A stretch of DNA of 63,141 bases, filler included, from 6 parts of 6 records of this genome joined end to end with filler, not necessarily neighbours in it, one strand, 5' to 3'. Shown: positions 39,485-50,678, counted from the whole stretch's first letter. Notes: generated by a model from the letters alone, not told the origin. A program made the numbers and translations.

Positions 39485-42400
39485 GTGAATAGAAAATATT
39501 TATTTGTGTTTTTATATATTATTATGCAGATTGGTTTTAGAGCTTTTGGAGTAATTGATTTAACTGAAGAGGAGAAAGTTTGGTTAAGTAATCATAAACT
39601 TATCAAAGTTGGAAGTGATTATCAGGCACCTCCGTTTGATTTTATGGAAAACGGAAAACATTCAGGAATATCCTCAGAGTATATAGAGCGTTTTGAAAAA
39701 GAGTTAGGTGTAAAATTTGAATATATAACAGGGCTGAACTGGACTCAAACACTAGAGAAGATCAGAAGTAAAGAGATAGATGTTGTTGCTAATTTAGCAA
39801 AAAATAGTGAAAGAGCTGAATATATAGATTTTACTCTTCCTATTGCATCTTTTCCAACTGTTATTTTCGTGAGAAACAGTAATGATGATATTGTAAAAGT
39901 AGAAGATTTTAAGATAAAAAAATTAGCTGTTTCGGAGAATTACTATACACATCAGGATTTGATGAAAAATTATCCGGATATAGAACCTGTTTTGGTAGCT
40001 AATCCGGATGAGGGCCTAAAAGCTGTTTCTTTTGGAAAAGTTGATGCTTATCTCGGGCATTTAGGGATCGGCTCATTTCAAATGCATAAAAATGGAATAA
40101 CAAATCTGAAAGTTGCATTTGAGTATTCAACAGAAAATAGTGAATTCTATATAGGTATTAGAGATGATTGGCAGATTTTAACAGGTATTCTAGATAAAGT
40201 GATAGAGAGTGTGCCTGAAACTGAAAAAATAGAGATAGCTAGAAGATGGGTTCCTGTACTTAGCAATCAAACAAGAGAAGCAGAGAAAAAAGAGTTAATA
40301 AATTTGACCATTGAAGAGATGAAATGGTTGTCACAGCATAAAAAAATCAGATTATCAGGTGATCCGGATTGGCTTCCTCATGAAGCGTTTAATGAAAAAG
40401 GTGAATTCATAGGAATAATTCCTGAAATCATCAAAAAAATAGAAGAGAGACTTCCGCTTGAGTTTGAGATAATTCAAAATAAAACATGGACAGAAACTCT
40501 AAACATGGCGAAATCCAAGGAAGTTGATGTAATATCTGCTATTAATAATGAGGCGAGAAGAGAGTATCTAAACTTTACAGATACTTATCTGGATTATCCA
40601 ATAGTTATTGTAACAAAAAAAGATTTTAAAAATATAAGCGATACATCTGAACTAAGAGGAAACAAAGTAGGTTTACCTAGAAATTACGGTTATGTTAAGA
40701 GAGTAAAAGATAAGTATACAACTATAAATTTTGTTGATGTAGAGTCAGTTTCAGAAGGACTGATGAAGGTATCAACCGGTGAACTTGATGCATTTATTGC
40801 CAATATTTCTACTTCTATCTATATGATACAGGAGCAGACTCTTATTAATCTAAAAATTAACGGAAAAACTGATTTAGAGATGAGTATAGGACTGGGTGTA
40901 AGAGATGATTGGCCAATACTTAGAGATATTTTGAATAAAGCGATAGACTCTATATCAGAGCGAGAGATTAATGAAATTAAAAAGAAGTGGGTAGGAAATA
41001 ATCTAGAGGGAATTATTACGAAAACAGAAGTAGCCGGAGACTTGGCAAAATTAGCAGGACAATTTTTATTAATTATATTTCTCATAACTTTGATGATAAT
41101 TTTGTTAATGAAGTTATTAAATGTTAAGAGTTTGGATAAACTAAAATATGGCTCTCATAGAAGTAAAAATATAGCAATTATAACCATATCCACTGTGATA
41201 GCAGTTATAATTATTGCTACATGGATTATTCTTGAGAGAATAAAAAGTGATACCAAACGTAGAGCGAGATACTCTATAGAGACAGTGCTTAATACCACAA
41301 ATGATGCTATAAACATGTGGATAGATAATAATATTAAGCAACTGGAGTACAGTGCTTCACAACCTAAATTTATAGAGTTAGTAGAAGAATTATTAAAAGT
41401 TCCCAGAGACAAAAATGTTCTGAAGAAAAGTGTGGAGCTACAAAATATCAGAAAATATCTTAGTGAGAATAACTATAAAACGAATAGTGTAGGCTTTTTT
41501 ATTATTGCTCCGGATTATATAAATATTGGTTCACGACGTGATGCCAATATGGGAGATATTAACCTCATAAGTAAACAAAGAAAAAAACTCCTTGATGATG
41601 TCTTTGCCGGTGAAAATAGATTCATCCCTCCTATCAGATCAGATGTTCTGGTACTGGAAACAGATGAAAAGATACCACCTACAATGTTTTATGCAACTCC
41701 AATTAAAAATAGTTCCGGAAAAGTGATAGCAGTATTAACTCAAAGAGAGGTACCAACCGAATACTTTGATAGATTATTTAGACTGGGAAGAGTAGGAAAT
41801 ACAGGTGAAACTTATTCATTTGATATAAACGGTAGATTAATATCTGACAGTAGATTTGATAACCAGCTAAGAAAAGTAGGCTTGCTTGCTGATGATGCTA
41901 ATAGTATGTTAGAAGTAGAGATACTAGACCCGGGTGTTGATCTGACAAAAGGACATACTCCAAGGCTTGCCAAAGAAGATATGAAACTGACTCTTATGGC
42001 AGAAAATGCAATAAAAGGATTTAGCGGAGTTAATATCGATGGTTATAGAGATTATAGAGGAGTAGAGGTTGCAGGCTCGTGGATATGGAATAATAAATAT
42101 AACTTCGGACTTACTACAGAGATGGATTATGAAGAGGCAATGGCTCCATATACTTCCACTAGAAATGTCGTTATTTTACTGGTTTTTCTTACAGTAATTC
42201 TAACTATAGGGCTTACACTTATTAGTATATTAATTGGTGAACGTGCAAATCAAGCACTGACAAAAGCTAATGAAGAACTGGAAGATAGAGTGGAAAGCAG
42301 AACAAAAGAGTTAAGCTCAGCGAATAAAAATCTGGAAGCAACTCTGGAAGCTCTGACTCATCCGTTTTATGTAATCGATGCAAAAACAAGAGAGATAGTT

Positions 42401-45400
42401 CTGGCAAATAGTGCGGCAAAAGAGTTAAGTCCTGATGGCAAGATAACAACATGTTATAAACTAACTCATAAATTAGACGAGCCATGCAGTGGTTTAGATG
42501 ACCCATGTCCGTTAGTTGAGATTAAGAGAACAAAAAAACCATATAAAGTTGAACATACGCATTATGATAAAAATAATAATCCGATATTTGTAGAGGTTTC
42601 CGGTTATCCGATATTTGATGAGAATGGTGAATTGATTAGAATGATCGAGTATTCTCAAGATATTACTAAACGTAAACTTGCGGAAAAAGCTATATTGGAA
42701 GCTAAAAATAAAGCTGAAGAGATGCTAAGAGTTCAACAAAAATTAGAGAAAAAATTAAAAGAAAATGTTGAATTTATGCAAACTATGATTGAGCATCTAC
42801 CGGCAGCTGTATTTGCTAAAGATATCGAAAAAGATTATAAATTCGTTCTATGGAATCGTACATGTGAAACTCTGTTTGGAATGCAATCTAAAAATATGTT
42901 AGGTAAAACGGACTATGATATTTTCCCTGCGAATGAAGCGGATTTTTTCCGAAATACAGATGAAGAAGTTGTAAGAAAAGATAAAGTAGAGATTATTCCT
43001 GAGGAAACAGTAACAACAACTGAAGGAGAAAAAATATTAACTACTATTAAAGTAATAGTTAAGGATGAAGGAAAGCCAAAAACTTTGCTAGGCATAACTC
43101 AAGATATAACAGAAAGAAAACGGCAAGAGGAAAAGTTAAGAAAAGCTCTTGAGAGAGTTGAAACTCTGTATAAGGCATCACTAGCCCTGCGTGGAACTAT
43201 GAGTTTAAATGAAATACTGGAAATAATATTAGATAGGTTACAAAGAGTAGTGGCGTTTGATAGTGCCTCGGTACAACAGCTCTATGGTGAGAAATTTAGA
43301 ATAATTTATCTAAAAGGTTTTGAGAATTCTGATGAAGTATTGGGCCTGGAGTTTGATACTCATAGCAATAATCTGGCTAAAAAAGTAGCTGAAATTAAAG
43401 AACCTATGGTAGTTGATGATATCACTCAATATGATGAGTTTATCGATATGTCAAAAGATAGTGATATAAAATCATGGATGGCAATTCCTCTAATATTTAA
43501 TGATGAGATAATCGGGCAATTGACACTGGATTCCAATGATATAGCTTTCTTTGATGAAGAGATGGCGGAACTATGTAACGCCTTCGCTACTCAGGCAGCT
43601 ATTGCCATACGAAATGCACAATATTTTGAGGAATTAAAAATAGCCAAAGAGGAAGCGGAAGCAGCAACAAAAGCAAAAGGTGACTTCCTGGCGAATATGA
43701 GTCACGAGATAAGAACTCCTATGAATGCAATAATAGGTCTTAATAGTTTATTAGAGAGAACAGAATTAAATGCTAAGCAAAAAGATTATGTATCAAAAGT
43801 CAGTGGTGCAGCGAATAATCTGTTAGGGATAATAAACGATATACTTGATTTCAGTAAAATAGAAGCGGGGAAACTTAGTATAGAGAAAATTGACTTTGAC
43901 CTTGATGATGTACTTGATAATATATCAAATGTACTGGGATTAAAAGCTTATGATAAAGGAATAGAGTTCCTGATAATAAAAGAAAATGATGTCCCTGTAA
44001 ATCTAATAGGCGATCCCTTGAGAATGGGGCAGGTGTTATTAAATCTTGCTAATAACTCTATTAAATTTACAGAGCATGGAGAGGTAACGCTAAAAGTCAA
44101 AGTTGAAAAAGATATGAATAATAATAAAGTGTTGCTCCACTTTGCAGTAAAAGATACAGGAATAGGTATGACTCCTGAGCAAATGGAAAGATTGTTTAAG
44201 GCATTTTCGCAGGCAGATACATCTACAACCAGAAAATTTGGAGGTACCGGCCTTGGTTTGACTATCTCCAAGAGATTAGTTGAACTGATGAATGGAGAGA
44301 TAGGAGTAGAGAGTGAGTATGGAATAGGAAGTACTTTCTACTTCACAGCTGAGTTTGAGATAGGAAAAGAGAAGAAAAAGAAACTGAATATTATTCCTGA
44401 ATCGCTTAAAGAGTTAAGTATACTTGTAGTTGATGATAATAACTCAGCAAGAGAAGTATTAGGAAACTATTTGGAGACTTTCTCATATTCTCCTGTATTA
44501 GTCTCATCAGGTGAAGAAGCCATTAGCGAGATCAAGAATAATCATTATGATCTAGTATTTATGGACTGGAAAATGTCGGGCCTAGACGGTATATCGACAT
44601 GGCGGCATATCAAAAAAACTATGGATGAAGAGGAGCTGCCTAAGGCGATATTAGTAACAGCATACGGTAAAGAGGAGATTAATAAACAGGCTAGAGAGGA
44701 AGGTTTCCAAGAGTTATTGAGTAAACCAATATCTCAGTCAGTATTATTTGATTCCATAGCACTTTCTTTTGGAGAAAAAGTAGAAGAAAGAGAGAATAAA
44801 AACTCAGATGATATCTATCCTGAAGGTTTTGACGGTGTAAGAGGGGCGAAAATACTATTAGTAGAGGATAATGAGATAAATCAACAAGTAGCAAAAGAGA
44901 CTCTTGAACTGGAAGGTTTCTGGGTTGATATTGCTGAGAATGGTCAGATAGCCTTTTCAAAAGTTAATGAAAAAGATTATGACTTGGTTTTAATGGATCT
45001 TCAAATGCCTGTACTTGATGGTTATAAAGCTTCAAGAAAAATAAGAGGTCTGTCAAAGTTTGAAGATTTAAAAATTATAGCTCTTAGTGCTGATGCTATG
45101 TCAGGTACAAGACAAAGGGTGCTGGAATCAGGAATGAATGATTTCATCACGAAACCTATTGAAAAACAAGATCTGTTTGAAGCTCTTGCTAAATGGATAG
45201 AAGCAGGAGAGAGAGAGCAAAACCAAGTGGATATTAATAATCAGGAATTAATATCACAGGAAGACATAGAGTCTATTCTGGGAAATGTAGACGTATACGA
45301 CGGTCTGAGAAGAGTGTCAGGAAATGTGGAACTATTCGTAGATATCTTGGTAAGATTTAGCAAAAAAAATCAGAATTTCAATGATGAATTTATGGCGCTA

Positions 45401-45880
45401 ATAGACGGAAATAAGGAAGAAGAGAGCAGAAGAATGATCCATACGCTAAAAGGAGTAGCTGGAAATCTTGGTGCCAAAACACTTCATTATTATGCAAAAG
45501 AGCTGGAGAGTGAGATACAAAAAGATGAGTATGATGATGAGCAAGTAAAAAATATACTCATGAATGTAAATACCGAGCTACTGGGACTTATTCAGCAAAT
45601 AGATGAAGTAGCAAAAAAAGTTGATGAGATTAAGAAGAAAAACAAAAAAGAGAGTGCAGAACTTCCACTTGAAGAGCTGATATCAAAATTCGAAGAGATG
45701 AGAAACTTCATAGAGGAGTATGATACCGAAGCAGAGGAAGTATTTAATGAATTAAAAGAGTATATGGAAAACTATGATTTCTATAATACTTTTGTAGAGC
45801 TAGGTGATAGTATCGTCGAGTATGAATTTGAAAAAGCACTTGAATTATGCGATGAAATAATAGAAGAATTAAAAAAATAG
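39485..45880 (+). CDS. Giant hybrid sensor histidine kinase (2x SBP, Cache-like, PAS, PAS, GAF, HisKA, HATPase, 2x REC, HPt)
   Basis: Two BvgS-like SBP domains, GETY Cache-like region, [21 protein letters not shown], two receivers, HTLKGVAGNLG HPt. Confidence 0.93.
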   Translation: MNRKYLFVFLYIIMQIGFRAFGVIDLTEEEKVWLSNHKLIKVGSDYQAPPFDFMENGKHSGISSEYIERFEKELGVKFEYITGLNWTQTLEKIRSKEIDVVANLAKNSERAEYIDFTLPIASFPTVIFVRNSNDDIVKVEDFKIKKLAVSENYYTHQDLMKNYPDIEPVLVANPDEGLKAVSFGKVDAYLGHLGIGSFQMHKNGITNLKVAFEYSTENSEFYIGIRDDWQILTGILDKVIESVPETEKIEIARRWVPVLSNQTREAEKKELINLTIEEMKWLSQHKKIRLSGDPDWLPHEAFNEKGEFIGIIPEIIKKIEERLPLEFEIIQNKTWTETLNMAKSKEVDVISAINNEARREYLNFTDTYLDYPIVIVTKKDFKNISDTSELRGNKVGLPRNYGYVKRVKDKYTTINFVDVESVSEGLMKVSTGELDAFIANISTSIYMIQEQTLINLKINGKTDLEMSIGLGVRDDWPILRDILNKAIDSISEREINEIKKKWVGNNLEGIITKTEVAGDLAKLAGQFLLIIFLITLMIILLMKLLNVKSLDKLKYGSHRSKNIAIITISTVIAVIIIATWIILERIKSDTKRRARYSIETVLNTTNDAINMWIDNNIKQLEYSASQPKFIELVEELLKVPRDKNVLKKSVELQNIRKYLSENNYKTNSVGFFIIAPDYINIGSRRDANMGDINLISKQRKKLLDDVFAGENRFIPPIRSDVLVLETDEKIPPTMFYATPIKNSSGKVIAVLTQREVPTEYFDRLFRLGRVGNTGETYSFDINGRLISDSRFDNQLRKVGLLADDANSMLEVEILDPGVDLTKGHTPRLAKEDMKLTLMAENAIKGFSGVNIDGYRDYRGVEVAGSWIWNNKYNFGLTTEMDYEEAMAPYTSTRNVVILLVFLTVILTIGLTLISILIGERANQALTKANEELEDRVESRTKELSSANKNLEATLEALTHPFYVIDAKTREIVLANSAAKELSPDGKITTCYKLTHKLDEPCSGLDDPCPLVEIKRTKKPYKVEHTHYDKNNNPIFVEVSGYPIFDENGELIRMIEYSQDITKRKLAEKAILEAKNKAEEMLRVQQKLEKKLKENVEFMQTMIEHLPAAVFAKDIEKDYKFVLWNRTCETLFGMQSKNMLGKTDYDIFPANEADFFRNTDEEVVRKDKVEIIPEETVTTTEGEKILTTIKVIVKDEGKPKTLLGITQDITERKRQEEKLRKALERVETLYKASLALRGTMSLNEILEIILDRLQRVVAFDSASVQQLYGEKFRIIYLKGFENSDEVLGLEFDTHSNNLAKKVAEIKEPMVVDDITQYDEFIDMSKDSDIKSWMAIPLIFNDEIIGQLTLDSNDIAFFDEEMAELCNAFATQAAIAIRNAQYFEELKIAKEEAEAATKAKGDFLANMSHEIRTPMNAIIGLNSLLERTELNAKQKDYVSKVSGAANNLLGIINDILDFSKIEAGKLSIEKIDFDLDDVLDNISNVLGLKAYDKGIEFLIIKENDVPVNLIGDPLRMGQVLLNLANNSIKFTEHGEVTLKVKVEKDMNNNKVLLHFAVKDTGIGMTPEQMERLFKAFSQADTSTTRKFGGTGLGLTISKRLVELMNGEIGVESEYGIGSTFYFTAEFEIGKEKKKKLNIIPESLKELSILVVDDNNSAREVLGNYLETFSYSPVLVSSGEEAISEIKNNHYDLVFMDWKMSGLDGISTWRHIKKTMDEEELPKAILVTAYGKEEINKQAREEGFQELLSKPISQSVLFDSIALSFGEKVEERENKNSDDIYPEGFDGVRGAKILLVEDNEINQQVAKETLELEGFWVDIAENGQIAFSKVNEKDYDLVLMDLQMPVLDGYKASRKIRGLSKFEDLKIIALSADAMSGTRQRVLESGMNDFITKPIEKQDLFEALAKWIEAGEREQNQVDINNQELISQEDIESILGNVDVYDGLRRVSGNVELFVDILVRFSKKNQNFNDEFMALIDGNKEEESRRMIHTLKGVAGNLGAKTLHYYAKELESEIQKDEYDDEQVKNILMNVNTELLGLIQQIDEVAKKVDEIKKKNKKESAELPLEELISKFEEMRNFIEEYDTEAEEVFNELKEYMENYDFYNTFVELGDSIVEYEFEKALELCDEIIEELKK

Positions 45881-45912
45881 CAAAAATATAATGATTGTCT
45901 AAATCTAAAGCA

Positions 45913-46012
45913 NNNNNNNNNNNNNNNNNNNNNNNNNNNNNNNNNNNNNNNNNNNNTTAATTAATTAANNNNNNNNNNNNNNNNNNNNNNNNNNNNNNNN
46001 NNNNNNNNNNNN
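45913..46012. other. Artificial contig linker
   Basis: N44-TTAATTAATTAA-N44. Confidence 0.98.
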
Positions 46013-46965
46013 GTTACAGCATGGGGGCCGGCGTTTTGCTGGGAGTAAGTGAAATCACCTACATCGCTGCGGTTTGTGATATTGCCGTTATCAGTGTAAT
46101 CGGTGTTACGGTAGTCGGTGCTGCTCAGGCTGTCGGCCACAAGGCGGTTGAGTTCGTCGTAGCGGAAATCCTCAAAAGCATAAAATTTGTGTGATTCCCT
46201 GGAGAGCAGGTTTCCTCGCAAAGTATCAAAGTCGTAAACAAATTCTTCCAGAGCTAAAGGATTATTTTTTTGCAAGGTCTTAAAAAGTGATGGGAATCCA
46301 TAGGTATCATACTCACGAATAACTTCATAATCAGAGCCTATATCGTAATTAGTAATCTGCCCCCGTGCATTGTATGCCGTGCTGTCCCATACCGTTGCGT
46401 TGTCCTGGGTTTTCACCTCGCTAAGATAGCCATAACTGTTATATACATTGCGTATCCCAAAACCGGTGTGCCAGTTTTCGTACTCCAGACGGCCATAGCT
46501 GTCGTAGGTGTAGGTTTTGGTAAAGCTTTCGCTGCCGGTGGTTTCGGTTTGTGAGGTGATGCGGCCCAGCGCGTCGTAGGCATAGCTTTGCGAGGTGCCG
46601 TTGTTGAGGGTAACGGAAGTGAGTGCCCCCAGATTGCCGGCCACTGAGTCTTCGTAGGTCCAGGCTGTGAGCTCACCATAAGGCCCGCTGCGTTGGTACA
46701 TGCGCCCCAACACATCATACAACATGGTGTAGGTGTTGCCCCGGGCATCGGTTTGGCTGGTAAGCTCACCAAAGGCGTTGTAAGAACTAACGATCTGCCC
46801 GGCATCAGGATCGTTCAAGGTGTCACGGTTGCCATGAATATCATAGTGCATGCTGATGGTGGAATTGTTGGCAGTGATGCTTTTGGGCAGCCCGGAGCTG
46901 TAATAATCGTAGGTGATGGTGCCACCATTGTCGGTAACGGATATGGGCTCGCCAAAAGCATTCAT
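46013..46965 (-). CDS. RHS/YD-repeat protein fragment (3'-truncated; starts mid-repeat)
   Basis: Repeated YD..GR motifs (YDIHGN, DPDAG, YNAFGEL, YDVLGR, YDALGR, YDSYGR, YDELNRL, PHAV). Confidence 0.88.
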
Positions 46966-47099
46966 GGTTTTGGTAACGGTTTTTGATGTACAATCATTTT
47001 ACTTGCAATTGTTTTTTTAAAAATGCCGGCATGGGCTCTCGCCCACACCGGATTAATCAGATTCCCGGGAGACGTATTTTTGGATGTGACTGTAACCTG

Positions 47100-47624
47100 T
47101 CAGGGTGTGAGTTTTATCATGCTGGCTTTCCAGTCCTCAGGGGTTTCATCCAGCGTGTAGATTTCTATTCCAGGCTGACCGGCTTCAGGGTCCGCAACTG
47201 CAGTGCCTGCCAAAGCTTCAGCCTGGAGGGTGATATCCACAAATTCGGTCTTTAACCGCCACATAGCACCCGTGGCTGGATCCACTATCAGTATCCCGAT
47301 GAGGCCGCCAAAAAGGATGTTTCCGAAGTACCAGCCATCGAGTGCAAAGTCAACCGGGACCGTTCGGGTTTGGTAGCCTTCCATTTTGATGGTTACAAGG
47401 TAGGAAGCTTTGGCAAAAAAGCCCGCCGATGATTTCAGCATCAACTGGGCCGGTGTATTGCCCCTGTAAATTTCCATTCCTTTTTTATTTACTACGGTAA
47501 CATCGGCACCTTTCGGCTGGCTGTTGACTGTAAATGGGTAATTGGTTTTGCTCACGATGGATGCACATCCACCGGCGATGATCATTGCCGTCAGTAACAT
47601 GACGATTGATAGATTCCTTTTCAT
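47100..47624 (-). CDS. Lipoprotein with PEGA-like domain
   Basis: Lipobox AGGC-ASIVS, SQP.GA, TPA, GWYFGNILFGGLIG.LIVDPATGAMW; ATG at 47624. Confidence 0.82.
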   Translation of the reverse strand: MKRNLSIVMLLTAMIIAGGCASIVSKTNYPFTVNSQPKGADVTVVNKKGMEIYRGNTPAQLMLKSSAGFFAKASYLVTIKMEGYQTRTVPVDFALDGWYFGNILFGGLIGILIVDPATGAMWRLKTEFVDITLQAEALAGTAVADPEAGQPGIEIYTLDETPEDWKASMIKLTP

Positions 47625-47695
47625 TTGGTTTCGGTTTTTGATTTCGTATTCAATATTCAATTTTGGTTTCTGCAGATTTTATTAGCCAATAACCT

Positions 47696-47736
47696 GCCTC
47701 TACATAATTGAGTCGGAAAAGGTGATTTGTTACATT
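47696..47736 (-). promoter_or_regulatory. Conserved ECF-type promoter motif, copy 1
   Basis: Minus strand AATGTAACAAA-N11-GACTCAA-N7-GAGGC upstream of the PEGA lipoprotein. Confidence 0.6.
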
Positions 47737-47929
47737 TTTTTTATAAAAAATTTTAAGAAAACGCCGCAAAAGATTTCCAATCAAGGACATAAGGGTTTTT
47801 AGGTTGTTAACAAATGTTAACAAACCTTAATTTCCTGTTGCAATAGAATGTTTGACGGATCATTTAAATAGAGCACAGCGTGAATTGTTACTTTTGCTTT
47901 CGCAGGTATTATTAATCCTCTTCAAGGAG

Positions 47930-48499
47930 ATGAAAGCAAAAGACAAAAAACGCATCGAGAAACTGAGAAATCGTGACAACTACGAAACAGCGAAGGTTTT
48001 GGATAAAAACCGAAAAGTATTTGCGGCATTTGTTGAATCCTTAAATGGAAACCGTTTTGAAGTAGACGACATGCTGCAGGAAGGAATTGAAGCATTGCTT
48101 CATAAAATTGACGATATAGAAAATGAATCTAATATTAAAAATCTTGATGCGTATTTTTTTACGATATGTAAAAATATCCTGTACAAAAGAATGCAACAAG
48201 ATGGATACGAAATAAGCTACGAAAATGAAACACTTGAATCCTTATTCATTCCTGTTGAGGATACCACGGAACGGGACAAAATAGAAAATGAAAACCTGAA
48301 ATTATACAAAAAGATATTCAATGACCTGACTAAAGAGTGTCAGGATTTACTTTTTCAGAGGTATATTATCAAGAAAGGAACAGATGTGTCAGACCAGTTG
48401 ATAATCAATTTTAATGCATCAAGAAGAACCAAACTAAGCAGGTGCAGGCAAGAGGCTCTTAAGAGGTTGAAAAAATTTAGAAGAACATGGAAGAAATAA
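47930..48499 (+). CDS. ECF-type RNA polymerase sigma factor (divergent)
   Basis: DDMLQEG region 2, YFFTICKN, region 4 L..ECQDLL...Y; overlaps the anti-sigma-like gene; AAGGAG RBS at ATG 47930. Confidence 0.78.
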   Translation: MKAKDKKRIEKLRNRDNYETAKVLDKNRKVFAAFVESLNGNRFEVDDMLQEGIEALLHKIDDIENESNIKNLDAYFFTICKNILYKRMQQDGYEISYENETLESLFIPVEDTTERDKIENENLKLYKKIFNDLTKECQDLLFQRYIIKKGTDVSDQLIINFNASRRTKLSRCRQEALKRLKKFRRTWKK

Positions 48500-49230
48500 C
48501 TTTAGATAAAATCATAGACTACGTAAAAGGGGCTTTGGACAAAGAAAGCACAAAGCTAATTGAAGAAAGGATTAAGTATGATCCTGAATTTGCACAGGAA
48601 GTGGACATGTACAGAGGTTTCCAGAAATTACTGGGAAATGATGAGTTCCTCCATGAACACTTTTCTTCTAAAGTTGCTCCCCCTTCCCTTAACAAACGTG
48701 TAGTTGAAAAAATAAAGCATCTGAAGTATTATGCCATCGCAGCTGCTGCGGTCATCGCATTATTGCTAACTTACTTCACCCTTCTCCGTGACAAACAAAG
48801 TTACACGCCAGATGCTCTTTTTGCAGCATACTTTAAGGAATACAACCAGATTGTTGAGATGCGTGATGGTATTGACTCTACGGGTATGTTCAACATAGGT
48901 ATCCAACAATACAAAGAAGGGGACTGGGAGAGTGCCATCCATTCGTTAAACCAGTCAAAACAAAACTTTCAGCTCACAGCATCCTTTTACATTGGCATGT
49001 GCTACCTTGAGCTTAAGGAGTACGAAAAAGCCCGGAAGCAATTAATCGAAGTCGTTAAGCATCCCAATGAATTCAGGCAGGAAGCCCAATGGTACCTGGC
49101 TTTGACTTTTTTGGCCGAGCACAATATTGAAAGATGCAGCAAAATCCTTAATGAAATTTCATCCCAACCAGATCATCAGCATAAAGCTGGAGCTGACAGG
49201 CTTTTGGTTGATCTGGAAAAGATTGAATGA
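48487..49230 (+). CDS. Putative anti-sigma factor with TM helix and periplasmic TPR domain
   Basis: N-terminal IDYVKGAL......EER...DPEF anti-sigma-like domain; TM AIAAAAVIALLL; TPRs FYIGMCYL, EAQWYLAL. Confidence 0.78.
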   Translation: MEEITLDKIIDYVKGALDKESTKLIEERIKYDPEFAQEVDMYRGFQKLLGNDEFLHEHFSSKVAPPSLNKRVVEKIKHLKYYAIAAAAVIALLLTYFTLLRDKQSYTPDALFAAYFKEYNQIVEMRDGIDSTGMFNIGIQQYKEGDWESAIHSLNQSKQNFQLTASFYIGMCYLELKEYEKARKQLIEVVKHPNEFRQEAQWYLALTFLAEHNIERCSKILNEISSQPDHQHKAGADRLLVDLEKIE

Positions 49231-49456
49231 TCTTTTTAAAGGACAATCATAAATATTGTGCACCTAATCTATTATGGCTTCAACAAGGAAATTTTTTTCT
49301 ATTAAAGGTTCAATGTATTCTAATACCTCAACCAGATTTTAATATACAGTTTTTCCCATATGTTAAATTTATTCACAATGTCCGGAAAGCATTATTAACT
49401 GATTATCTGCATTAAACATGATTTTCTTAAAAAAAAATGTTAAAAAAAGCGCTCCC

Positions 49457-49500
49457 AATGTTCACAAACCTCTACATCCCGGCTCAACTATAATGAAGGC
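49457..49500 (+). promoter_or_regulatory. Conserved ECF-type promoter motif, copy 2
   Basis: AATGTTCACAAA-N12-GGCTCAA-N8-AAGGC upstream of lipoprotein 49689. Confidence 0.6.
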
Positions 49501-49688
49501 ACCAGTGCAAAGTATTGGCGCTAATAAGGGAGAAAACCGAAAAGCCTGAAAAGAGTAGGTTTAACAAAAAAAGGAGGCATCATGACTTTTGACAGTTCTT
49601 AAACCGTGAAAAGCTTTTTAATCACAGAAAACAAAGTTTTATTCCGGCAACTCAATTTTTATTATTATTTTCAAACCAAAAAATTAAA

Positions 49689-50615
49689 ATGAAAAATTCA
49701 ATTTTAACATTACTGTTAATCGCAGTTATTTTTGCTGGTTGCAAAAAAGAAGACTCAACAGGAACTCCCGAAACCCAAAAGGTATCAAGTATCGAACAAC
49801 GCATCCTGAATTTTGAACAAAAACTACAATCTGCTCAAAAAGACGGTACTACCTACGCCATCGACAGTGCCGAGTGGTATGTTGAAGCGTTGCTCAACTA
49901 CAACACCGTTACTCCGGGCATCGAATGTGCAGGGATCTCGGCTGACACTGCCTGGACCAGCCTTCCCATCCCCGCCAATGGGGAATACACGCTTACCCAG
50001 CTCGAATCGGTTTACAGCCAACTGCTGAGCCAGGTACAGCAAAACCTACCCGAAGGCACCATTGTATTTGCGGTGGATTTATACCATTACCAGGTAGAAA
50101 CCGTAATGGTATTTTCTACAAACACAGCATATGCAACACCAACAAATCCTATGTTCAAATCGCTCAACGACACAACGGGATATTGGTACTGGGGTGGCAA
50201 TGCCGGAATGTGTGGACCGGATTCAGGGCTGTATGTCGGGATGGATGCTGCAGATATTTTAACCGCACAACTCACTCATACCTGGACAAATATCTGGACT
50301 GACCTTGAAACATTTACAGTTAATCCTGCATATCCCGGTTTTAACTATTATGACCCGAATTTTCCTTTCACAAGCTATCCGGAACTTGACTCAACAAGAA
50401 TTTTCAAAGCTTCAGGTGATCAATCTGTACTGCAATTTTGTCTTACTCCATCAATGATGGCCTATTACAGTTCGAACAACGGCATAGGGTACATAATAAA
50501 TGATCTGAAACCAGATAGAAAAAAGTATTCACATTGCGTCATCGAACCTGGTGCATGGGATGACCCTGTTGTATTTCATGAAGGCGATTTCACTTATGGT
50601 GTTCCACTAGATTAG
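49689..50615 (+). CDS. Hypothetical lipoprotein
   Basis: Bacteroidota lipobox IFAGC-KKED. Confidence 0.8.
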   Translation: MKNSILTLLLIAVIFAGCKKEDSTGTPETQKVSSIEQRILNFEQKLQSAQKDGTTYAIDSAEWYVEALLNYNTVTPGIECAGISADTAWTSLPIPANGEYTLTQLESVYSQLLSQVQQNLPEGTIVFAVDLYHYQVETVMVFSTNTAYATPTNPMFKSLNDTTGYWYWGGNAGMCGPDSGLYVGMDAADILTAQLTHTWTNIWTDLETFTVNPAYPGFNYYDPNFPFTSYPELDSTRIFKASGDQSVLQFCLTPSMMAYYSSNNGIGYIINDLKPDRKKYSHCVIEPGAWDDPVVFHEGDFTYGVPLD

Positions 50616-50678
50616 CAAAGAATAAGTCCAGGGATCAATATAATCCCTGGACATTTTCATACAACTAAAACTAAGAAT

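Noticed and set aside
49493-49549. 18-aa micro-ORF MKAPVQSIGANKGENRKA upstream of the lipoprotein
   Set aside because: Starts inside the putative promoter motif and has no supporting features
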